Part shown: in pieces, positions 26,001 through 35,715 of the stretch
Numbering within the stretch: position 1 is the first letter of the stretch
Layout: each line of letters opens with the position of its first letter
NCBI RefSeq assembly: GCF_052425735.1
Contig: NC_135761.1
Location: 22,878,001-22,942,000 of the forward strand
DNA: 64,000 nucleotides
Direction of reading: 5' to 3'
Source: Oculina patagonica
Taxonomy: Eukaryota
Translations under genes and position numbers: made by a program
Notes under the pieces: model-generated
Told to the model about the DNA's origin: nothing
Database searches by the model: none
The model's input: only the letters and a program-made list of their open reading frames with translations

Positions 26001-26722
26001 GAAGTGCTGTTTTAAAAAAAATATTCTGGTACAATTTTTGCATTATTATAATGCCATTCAGTGAATAATTTTACCATGACACACCCCTAATGCAGTGAAT
26101 TTTTTTCCTGAACCCCCCTTTTTGACATGTTGAAAAATAGTGACCCACCCCAAATTATTCATAGCCCACCTCCCCCCCCCCCCCCTTGTACTTTATGACC
26201 AGTCCTTAAGACCAACTTTATTACTTCTAGTGTGTTGAAAAATACATGGGTCTCCTGGTTTCCCGAGATCAATAGATTATTCTAAAATTCTAAAACTTCG
26301 CGTCATGTTATGTTCGCGTCACTTTATTTTCGCGATTTTATTTAGTGTCGCGAAAATTTCATGTAATAAGCTAAAGGTACATCAAGTTACCTGCAATTCT
26401 GAGGAATTTCTCTTTTCTCCCTTTTCAGGAGCGCCAATAAGTTCTCGCCCTTGAGTTCTTTCGGGAATTTTACCTTGGAGGACGGCAAAGAAGAGAAATC
26501 TTCGGCGTTTTCATGGGGAAGCCAGACAAAAGTTCTGGTGGGCTTGTTGCCTGGTCTCCCCTTGCTGGGCTCAGTTCTTCGACCTTGCAATTGGTTGTCT
26601 GTCTCGTTGAACAATGGACCAAGTTCCCTAAGATCTTCATTAGATTGGTTCTCCATTGCAACAACAGCTTCGGCCATTCTCTGATTAACTTCACCGTAAG
26701 CAAGGTCAGGATCCTCAGACAT
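11864..26722 (-). CDS. FAF1/FAF2-like UAS (thioredoxin-like)-coiled coil-UBX protein with K/E-rich repeated tail exons; 3' end and two frame junctions uncertain
   Basis: Exons 26722-26391, 24219-24005, 22787-22755, 22637-22599, 22296-22249, 21676-21582, 20751-20656, 20206-20103, 19500-19396, 19149-19071, 18861-18780, 17887-17834, 17360-17301, 16787-16734, 16379-16278, 15967-15833, 15659-15618, 15333-15273, then repeated exon pairs to 11864. UAS-like PFVGLTFQSLCHHIRGECRPAVLFL...PLFWLSSSESSEGMEA...PTIIETFE; FAF-like coiled coil EEERNLKRKQENDLVLSEKADALK; UBX-like VKVFTPSGQLKSNFSKGGLYQEVYDWLKSQEDQPAHFVLE. Apparent +1 shifts at the T10 run 20663-20672 and in the 13851-13991 exon. Confidence 0.65.
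14585..14758. mobile_element. Tc1/mariner/pogo-type MITE
   Basis: TA-CAGTGGAACCTC ... GAGATTCCACTG-TA (TIR with TA TSD). Confidence 0.75.
16570..17937. repeat. Three ~550-bp tandem units, each with a phase-0 exon (KKENKEGQKIKSGQN[V/F]SK)
   Basis: Repeated CTTACTTTGGAGA..TTTTGTCCACTTTTGATTTTTTGTCCTTCCTTGTTTTCTTTTTTCTGAG at ~16730, ~17297 and ~17830. Confidence 0.9.
17938..18350. mobile_element. tRNA-derived insertion with internal inversions and 10-bp TSD
   Basis: TACAAACTTA duplicated at 17928-17937 and 18351-18360 (single copy in the paralogous tandem units). tRNA-like A/B boxes on the - strand at 18000-18063, with an inverted copy at ~18205-18260. A fragment of the same family is at 15425-15570. 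Confidence 0.8.
20825..21067. mobile_element. Small MITE with internal 21-bp tandem repeats
   Basis: GGATAATCTGCGAGCCAGCGAGCCAT vs ATGGCTCACTGGCTCGCATATTATCC; repeated GGTTAGCCTAAATAGCAC units. Confidence 0.7.
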
Positions 26723-27781
26723 GAGAGTATGATGGACGCAACGATGAAAAGCACGAGGCGAATACTCGAATTTCACTCGAGTCCATGTCAGATGTCAGTT
26801 GTCAATAGACCTTTTGTTTTTCATGGTGAGAAAACACAGACGTGCTTTGTCTGCACGTGGACTAACTGATCTGAGTCCATGTCGTAACTTATTTACACAC
26901 GGCATGCTGATCAACTGTTTGCTCAATAAGCTTCAATAATAACGAACTTACACAATAACCGGTAATATTAAATCAAATAATATTTTTGCAAGGAAAAGTA
27001 GGCAATTTGTTCAACAAGAATGTGACAGTTTGACCAGGGAGAAGCGTAATTAACTACTTTAATGCTTGCACAATGTTGCTACAAGCCAACATTTTTAGTT
27101 AATTATTGATCAACTTTGTAGAAATGGAAGGGAGATCTCCTTAAAAAGCGATAGCAAGCTTGTTGCTGCTAACTGATGTGTAACTGAAGTAAACAGGATT
27201 TCAGTGGCAAATAAAGTTGATTTGATTGATTGATTGATTGATTTATTTATTAGCTCTATTGTGTTATGCCTCGTTCTATAAAGAGTGCCGACACGGTTGA
27301 TTAAAGTGGCCATGCATTCTGTAGTTGCTACCGATTTATTCTTTCTACGATGTTAAAACAGTAATTACACAAATTTTAATTTGGTTAAAAAGCAAAGTAC
27401 GATTGATTTGTCTTTGTTTATTCGTTAAAAAAGTATACCTTTTCCAACAAAATTAGCATACGACGCAGGCACACGAGGTATCACTATTTATAAAAAAAGT
27501 AAGTGGCTGCAACCAGGCGCCAACGTATTCTCTTTGTGGGCCGGAAGCGACAAAACCGCAAACTACTGATCACTGTATGCAATGCGCATGCCACCACGCC
27601 GGCTGGTGAGTGTTGTAAATACAAAGCATGGCTCGTTGTTTCATCTTTGGGATTGCTGCTTGGACCATTTTGATTGCCGTGTTTCAAGCAAGTTCAGGTA
27701 CTACCTAACCTTAACCAGCTTGATCTACTCTATTCAATGTCGACTGGTCATTCTAGAAAAAGAAGGCGTCTTGATTTTTTA

Positions 27782-28159
27782 CAGAGACAAGAAAAGCAAG
27801 GCTGACACTACGTAGAAATGAAAAAACCTTAACGGGACAACGACATGATAGAGTCCAAACTGAAAGTCAAAAATGCAAACTCTGGACAGCTGTTTCGACC
27901 TGATTGGGTCTCTTCAGCAGAGTGTATGCCGCACAGAATAGAACAACCAGCGCAAAGACAGTTGTCTATAAAGTGCTCGTGGTCATGACAATCCGGATGG
28001 GCTCAAATTCAAACACTCGCCCATTGATCATTTCTACGTAGTGTCAGCCTTGCTTTTCTTGTCTCTGTATTTTTATTTTTGGCTGATTAGAGCTGTCGCC
28101 AGCTCCTACGTACACAGCAGCATTTTCGTCCGCGGTCCCTTGCTTTCTATTGTCACTTT
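27782..28159. mobile_element. Truncated Penelope-like/retrozyme-type insertion with inverted segment and 11-bp TSD
   Basis: TTGATTTTTTA at 27771-27781 and 28160-28170; perfect 42-bp inverted repeat 27780-27821 / 28028-28069; contains a hammerhead ribozyme. Confidence 0.75.
27879..27923 (-). ncRNA. Minimal type I hammerhead ribozyme
   Basis: Minus strand: ACUCUG-CUGAAGA-GACC-caauca-GGUC-GAA-AC-agcu-GU-C-CAGAGU. Stem I 6 bp, complete core, stem II 4 bp, palindromic stem III (ACAGCUGU), GUC cleavage triplet. Confidence 0.88.
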
Positions 28160-28762
28160 TTGATTTTTTAGCCTGTGTACAGCCATCCTTTATATTTTAC
28201 TAGACGGTTGTAAACAGGCTGTGATTTTATTAACATTTATTTCCAACAAACGTGTTGCATTTGCCCGTTGAAAATACACTTCGCGGGTCTTTTCTCAAGT
28301 CCGTCGCGAGTAAGCACATGTACTGAGCACGTGTCGGGTTCAGATTTTATAGCCTGCGTGGCCGGCGTTAATATTATAAAAGGGGAGGGGATGGCGAGCG
28401 CGATGCGCGAGGTGCGAGAAGAGAGCGCCTTCTCCGATCGCGCTTCGCGCTCTCTTCTCGCACCGCGCACATATCGCGCTCGAACTCCCCTCCTCCCTCC
28501 CCTTTAAACGCAGGCTAGACTAGGCTAGGCTCACATGTTAGGGACCATTCATTTAGATTTATGCCAGGGGGTGGGCTGTCAAGATTTATTATACCGCTAA
28601 TTTAAGAAAGGTTGTTCGGGGAAAAGCACAAAAGTGCACGTGACAAGGCCGAAATGAAGTCTGGGTATTCATTTGAACTTTGCATATTGGTCCAGAGGAA
28701 ATGAACAAGTTTGTATTTTTGCAGAGGAAGATTTTGTCTTTCCTCTCAGGCGGCCTTTTTCT

Positions 28763-29329
28763 GTAGCTCTACTTTTCCTAACGCGCGCCCTATATAGAGG
28801 TTGAACCCAGGCGCGCAAAGAGAGAGTCCAGGATAACTTGCATGCGCATGCGCAGGTTTTCCCCCAAAATTGGGGGAAAAACCACATTTGGCAGCACTTT
28901 TGAAAACGCGCGCGCACAGATGACGAGTTCAACTACGCCACCGTGTACTAAAGCAGGGTCAACAAAATAACTTTAAAAAAGCCAAGCTTTCCAGTTAATG
29001 TCTACTAAAAGCTATCGGCCAAAACACAACTCGCTATTCGTTTACTATTCCCAGTATTTTGTAGCTGTTTATTGTATTGGTTTTGGATGCAATTTAGCAA
29101 AGAATTTTTCTTGTATTTATTCGCGCGCTTGGTGGCGTAGTGGAATTCGTCATTTGAGCGAACATTGTTAACCTAGCGCGCGCGTCCTAAGCAAGTGATG
29201 CCACACTCCTCGCTTGTGATTGGTTCGTTCTGAGCATACGCATGCAAGTTATCCTGGACTCTCTTTTTGCGCGCCTGGGTTCAACACCTATATAGGGCGC
29301 GCGGAAGAGAGAGTTCAGGGACTGGACTA
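28763..29329. mobile_element. MITE-like element with ~90-bp inverted arms just upstream of the transposase ATG
   Basis: CGCGCGCCCTATATAG..GTTGAACCCAGGCGCGCAAA..GAGAGTCCAGGATAACTTGCATGCG vs its reverse complement at 29238-29302. Confidence 0.65.
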
Positions 29330-29371
29330 AATTTAACCAAGCGAAAATTTATACCGTAGTTACCGTTCATT

Positions 29372-32241
29372 ATGAAAGTGAATGCTGGCGAAGGTGATAA
29401 AATAGTGGGAACTGAATTGAGGCAGGATGGGAACGTGCATGGACTGTATGACACTAAATTGGGGATGTCTGGTTTTACTTAATGTAAAATTCTATGGTCT
29501 CATTTTTTTATTTTGGTTTATTCAAGTTGAAAGTATTGATCCTGGAACAATACGGGAGTTTGTGAATGACCTCCAAGACCTATATTTAAGAGCCAAACAC
29601 GCACTAGACAGTCCAGACGTATCAGCCGAACGACTAACCAGCATATGGAGAAATCTGGACGCTGCAGTGCTTTCTTCAAAGAGGATCCAGTGGCACCTAC
29701 TAACAACAAAACCGTGCTCGGAAGACATACTTGCCGCTATTTTAAATAACTTTTCCACCCTAGAAAGACTGATAGGAGCGTTAATTGATCGGTATAGCTG
29801 TCTGGTTCCTTTTCTGGTCGACGAACTACGATACCGCGCTCCTCTGACAGCGACAGGAGCCGTTGGGAGACCATCGTACATTATCAACCGAGAGCAACTG
29901 GAGATTATGCGGCGTTACGGTATATCTTGGACTGATATAGCAAAATCTCTAGGTAAGCCTGATTTGACAGACTAATGTTGTTTATTAAACGGAATCAATC
30001 ATTGAAAGCTTCTATTTTTCGTTATAGTTCACCACTGAATTTTCTCCACTTCTCATTGGTTTAAATTGATCACGTGTTCATCCGCGGAGGGCACCATATT
30101 AACATATTAATATTTTTATATTCATATTTATTTTAAGAACATCAAATTTACGCAGGGCAACTATCAGCCAATAGTTACTCGACAGAAACTTTCTATTGAT
30201 TTTGCCCAATAAGAGACTGTTGGCTTTTAGTTCGAAACTACTGTGAATAACCTAAAATGATCTAGCCCCGTTTTTTAATTCCATGTTTAAATCGCTACTT
30301 ACTTTTTACATAATTGGTAACGGTTTACTTCTTAGGTGTTTCGCTTTCGACAATCTGGAGAAGGAGAGTACATTTCAATATGGAAAGAAGACGACATGCC
30401 GGTCGCAGAACAGTTGGTATGCAAGAACTCTTGGAAATCATAGCCGAAATTAAGGAGAGGGCAGCAGGTGCAGGAATTGTAATGATCGAGGGGGAATTAG
30501 CAGCGCAATCTCTAAGAGCTTCTAGAACAGATATTGCAGAAGCCTTAATTGTCCTGGATCCAATCGGCGCCCGTTTACGATGGAGAAATATAACTCCGAG
30601 GGTGACGTACAATGTACCAGGTGGGAATTATAATATTTATGAAAAATGCTAACAACTCCAATAAAAATATAAAGACAATCTAAAAAACTTTAAACCATGC
30701 ATGAATAATGTTGAAAGTTCAACTACGAAGTTCGCAGAAAGGTGATCGTCTTTAAGCCCTATTGACTGTGTTAGGTTCAAAAGGTATAGTGGTAAAATGT
30801 ACAGCCACCATCTTTTTTTCCGTACAAAACATGCAAAACATTTCCACAATTAGCACAAAAGAGCTAAATACAATGAGAATGCAAATGAATTTTACCTCCA
30901 CGAGGCCAAGAAAACATCAGCTTGTTCTTAGAGAAATAGAGAAAACCTAGGAGACTTTTTCGTTTTATGAAAGTATTTTGAAAAAGTCTTTTAGAAAGTG
31001 TTTTAGATAAGAACGTCCGCCATTTTGGTTAGTTTGTATGAGTCTTGTCTGAGTCACATGACATTCTCGGCAAATAACGAACAACCTTTCGAGAAACACA
31101 ACTGGCATGTCTTATGTTTTATGTTTTTTATGTAATGATGTAGAACACATGCTCCTCACTCTAGCAGTCATGCGCACTAACATGATAGGTACGTAAAGCG
31201 TATGTAAAATAATGCGAAAGCAGCAAAAATTGCTGGTCTTACTAACAGTCTCCTTTCCGTATGTCTTATGTTGTTTAAGCATTTATGTTCGATTTCTGTA
31301 GGTCCAAACAGTCTGTGGCACATCGATGGAAACCATAAGATGATCAGGTAAAGATTAATTTCGGTGTAGGTAGTGTATTCACCAGTTTCTCATTATTTAT
31401 TTTCATTCTACTCTTAAATATTTCCCACCGTTTTGGAAGCGACCGTTCTAATATTATTTGTTTGTTCTTTAGGTGGCGACTTGTCGTTCATGGGGGAATT
31501 GATGGATATTCGCGACTTGTTGTGTTCCTCAATTGCTCAGACAACAATAGATCAGCAACGGTGGCCAATCTTTTTATGAGCGCCACAGATGAATACTGTT
31601 GGCCGTCGAGAGTAAGAACAGATAAAGGGGGGGAAAACGTAGAAGTGGCCAGACTGATGATTCAGCGACGGGGTGAAGGTCGAGGAAGCATTTTGCAAGG
31701 AAGCTCTGTTCATAATCAGAGAATTGAAAGGTTATGGAGAGACATGCGAAAGATGGTTACGGAGTATTTTAGACGGCTATTTTATTTTCTTGAAACACAG
31801 AACTTACTAGATCCAAACAGTGACCTAGATCTATTTGCACTCCACTTTGTTTTTATGCCAAGAATCAACCGGAACTTGACTAAATTCAAGGCAGCATGGA
31901 ACAACCACAAGTTGTCGACAGAGCACCAAAAAACACCCAACCAACTATACATTTTAGGCATGTTGAAACTGTTTGGTTCCTCGTATTGTTCTGTCACAGA
32001 CTTTTTCGAAAACAACACTGTAAATGAAGAAGAATATGGCGTATCTGAACCAGAGATCGCTGATGCAGTGGACGTGGATGATATCACGGAGGTAGTAGTG
32101 CCTGAAAACCGTTTGCGTCTGTCGGATGATTGCTTGAGGGAACTTTGCGCAACGGTTGATCCATTAACTCAGGATGGCAATCACGGCATTTCGCTCTATC
32201 TGGAAACGAAACGAATAATTAACAGTAGCACGATCGACTAA
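29372..32241 (+). CDS. IS3-like (IS3EU-type) DD34E transposase/integrase, 515 aa, 5 exons, intact
   Basis: Exons 29372-29393, 29527-29952, 30336-30620, 31302-31347, 31473-32241 (1548 nt, phase-consistent; exon 1 least certain). HTH-like GRPSYIINREQLE...SWTDIAKSLGVSLSTIWRR; catalytic core YNVPGPNSLWHIDGNHK...GGIDGYSR...RVRTDKGGEN...SVHNQRIERLWRD, with 34 residues between the second D and E. Confidence 0.92.
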
Positions 32242-32569
32242 AACTTTCATTTAAGTAGATTAAAGGTAAAATGAACAAAAACTTCGAACTTATTTGTTTT
32301 TCAAACAAACAAAAGTAAGTACATTGCTCTGATATGACGTTGACTTTTCAGTATATCATCTCCAACTTTTTAGGAAATTTAGTTTTGAAATTTTCACGAG
32401 ATCGAGCGTAGTAAGTCACGTGATCGAAATATGGAAAGTATTACATAAAAAATCGTTGTATTTGCAGTTTGGTTGCACGAAAATCCTTAAAAATCTTACT
32501 TTAAAAGGTAAATAGGCATAGCTATATATGACAAATTGTCAGATTTTGAAAGCAGTGTTATTGTATTTG

Positions 32570-34129
32570 GACCAACTTTCGAGTAACTCTCTTTTGGATT
32601 TTTGAGCACTTTCTAAGCCACATTTTTGCATTCCAGTGAGAAGCCTTTATGGCATTTTACGAACACAATGTGGTCAGGCCTACCTGTTTTTGCGAAAAAC
32701 TCTATTGACATGTGTGGTATTTCCGAACTTAAAGAATGATAACTTTAGCAGAAGTTTGTTTGAGAGTTAGTAAATAAATATTTTAAAACTCTTAACATTA
32801 CGTCTTGTTTTTGATTATTACCCAAGAAAAAGGAATGCCAACCTCATGCACAAACTCAGAAATTCGAATTTGGACAAAGAAATGTATGGCCCATAAAAGG
32901 GCGGCCTGAGAGTTGGCATTCTAATTGAGTTAGCGAGAAGTATTCCATGCAAATCCTCGGTCCGCCCGGCGTACTTTACGTCTTTAGAAAAGATTGCACG
33001 ACTAGTGCGCTCTCTTCCAATGAATGAATAAAGATAACAAATGATGTCAAGAGGTCACTCTTCCAACTGTCTTAGCCATAACGAGGTATTACGAGTTATC
33101 ACAACGCATCAACAACACATTATAGCATTTTGTTCGCATTAATTTTACATTAGGTATCAAAATAAAGATTCTGAACAACTTTTCATGCTTTGAAAAACTC
33201 GCGTTATTCCAAGGCTATACGAACGTTTACGACTATATTTTGAACATCAAGGAAGATTAACGAAAGTTTGATGAAAATATTCGAGTAGGTTAAGAAAAAG
33301 TTAAAATGTTTTTTGGACACTTCTGTAGCAGTGAAAAAATTATAAATGTATTCTTGAAAATTCTATATTTTCGTTATCAAAGGAAGGCAACATTGTAGCT
33401 TTCTTGTAATTTTTTTAAATACATTTCTAGTATCATTTAGGGATCATTTTTGGCAAAGATACTTCTCATCACCATACCACCACCTAACCCCCAAAACCAA
33501 AAGAAAAAAAACCTTACCCCCACCCCCATCGCAAAATTATAAATGGGAACCGGAATTAATTGATTTCTCCATGGGAAACGGAATACAGATATCGAAAATA
33601 GGTAAAGAATTTCGGAGGTCCGAATTAGAAAAAGGCTTTCATAAAAACCTGACCCCGGTTTTAATTACCGACCCTGGTATAAGTCAGACCCCGTTTATTA
33701 ATTATCGATATCGGAATTAATTCAGACCCGAGAAAAAGAGGAATTATCGAGGTCGGGACTATTTCCGACCACGATAATTCATTTCCGACATCGACAATTG
33801 AATTATCGATATCGGTTATATCCCGATTTAATTTTGAACGGTTTTTTACGCGATACTCAACAACTCGGAGGTCAGCGGAAATCAAGCAAAGGCGGAAGTC
33901 TCTGAATTCTAAAGGTGGAAGTCCGAAGTCTGAAGTCTGAAGTCCGAAGTCTGAAGTCTGAAGTCTGAAGTCTGAAGTCTGAAGTCTGAATTCTGAAGTC
34001 TGAAGTCTGAAGTCTGAAGTCTGAAGTCCGAAGTCTGAAGACTGAAGACTGAAGTCTGAAGTCTGAAGTCTGAAGTCTGAAGTCTTAAGTTTGAAGTCTG
34101 AAATGTGATGTCCCTCCTCGGCTTTCGTA
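32570..34129 (-). repeat. Right TIR (~1.55 kb) with subterminal (GAAGTCY)n array at ~33918-34100
   Basis: Reverse complement of the left TIR with substitutions and indels; intact terminus CCTCGGCTTTCGTA followed by flank CTATCC. Confidence 0.9.
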
Positions 34130-34583
34130 CTATCCAGCTTTAATTCTTTTTTTCCACACAAACCGGATACAAAACAACGCGAAAGAACAGCAAGCGAAAT
34201 AGTCCTCCACGCTGACTTTCTTTTGGCTCGTCACGCAATATTTCCTCGCAAACGTTCAGATTCTCGTTCCCAGAGCCTGCGTCGCCCTGGACCAGCGGTC
34301 GGGAGACGTGAAGGGAGCGGGAATGAATCTGCGTGCGTGATCTAATCGAGTGGGTGGGGGCGGCGGGCCAGCGAAGCGCACGAGTCGCAGTTTTTTAAAA
34401 AAAGCAAGTGAAATGTAAAGGTTACAGCCTTCATTGCATCAACCAGCATGGTGTGACAGTAGCCGATCTCATAGTCCGTTTGGGATGTTCTTTGTTCCGT
34501 AAGGGGTCGTTCTGTCTTCTTAGTATTTGGTCAAAACTTAACTGGAAAATACCTACAGTAATGGGAATGTAAAATGCAAAATA

Positions 34584-35134
34584 CCTTATTATAGGAAATG
34601 TACGATACATGTAATTAACGCGAATTTCAAAAATTCGCGTTAATTTAATGTACCTTAATTTAAGTCATGGTTAATTAAAAACACTCTATTTTACAGCATT
34701 GTTATTTTAAGACACCTTTTTTTCCTGGTAAGTTATATTAACACGTCATCTACTTCTCCGTCAAAGCTGCAGGGATAGCAGAGGCAGTGGAAAGCGAGCG
34801 CCAGGACGGGATGTATTCCATCCCTGGACCCATGCATTGAATATTAGTCACTTTTTGGTCTGTTTAAATATCTTTGTTGTGTATGGTTTATCGGAATTAA
34901 ACCTCAAGTTCTGATGTTGGACGTTCTTGTTTTGTCTTTGGAATAGCGCAGCTTGCTATAAAGATTACTACGCAACAAATTCGCGTTAATTAACTGCATG
35001 TAAGCACACACCACACGAGAATTCGCGTTAATTATATGCATGTAAACATAAATTTTCCACAATTCGCGTTAATTTTATTACGCGTACATTTTGTTCGCGT
35101 TGTTAAAATGCTTCGTTATATTCCTATAATAAGG
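34584..35134. mobile_element. TA-flanked MITE with AATTCGCGTTAATT subterminal repeats
   Basis: TA-CCTTATTATAGGAA ... TTCCTATAATAAGG-TA; empty paralogous site at ~41250 (CAAAATACCACTCATCCAG). Confidence 0.8.
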
Positions 35135-35715
35135 TATCACTTATCCAGAAACGTAAAACATACCCCTCAGGTCTCCCTTACTCCAAATTACCGAAGCCGC
35201 CAATTTTATATAACGCTTCCCCCGCTCCACTTCCTCACTTTTTACACTCGAGTAGTCCTCCCTTCCCCCCCCCCCCCGGGACTGCACCCATTGATAACCA
35301 CACAATTTAAAGCAAATACCTTGCAAAACAGTTTATTGTATATAGCAAAGTTTTCTGTCTTACATTCTCAATATACTGCAGGGCCGTAACCAGACCTTTG
35401 CCATAGACGAGGCAAGATCGTATTAGGAGGTTCTGTGGCCACGCCCTTCAGAAAATTTAGAAATCTGTAAACTCTGAAACACTTTTTGTTTAACTGGGGA
35501 TTTCTTAACTAAACATAATTATGTTGTTTTAAATTTTGGGTTAAAATGTCTTGTCTCTTGCTAAATACGGCACTGGTACTACACAATATACTACAAATAC
35601 TAAAAATCATGTCTAATACTATCCTTGAACGATAAATTTTAATACTCTTTAATAGAACTGGAAACTATTTTTCCGATAAACCATAAAAGAGTACAATTAG
35701 CTAATTCAGTTTGGA

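Larger units (their letters stand above)
420..34129. mobile_element. Giant (~33.7 kb) IS3EU-like DDE DNA transposon with long TIRs and cargo genes
   Basis: 420-3250 (minus a nested insert) is the reverse complement of 32570-34129. The right terminus ends ...CTTTCGTA, fitting the TAY..RTA termini I recall for IS3EU. An IS3-like transposase lies inside. Host cathepsin-spacer homology (cf. 40885 onward) resumes exactly at 34130. Confidence 0.85.

Noticed and set aside
26780-26880. Upstream ATGs extending the UBX gene
   Set aside because: They are out of frame and terminate quickly; the first in-frame ATG is at 26722.
420-34129. Polinton/Maverick or LTR retroelement interpretation
   Set aside because: No protein-primed PolB, capsid, ATPase, protease, RT or gag is visible; the ends are inverted and the transposase has introns and IS3-like motifs.
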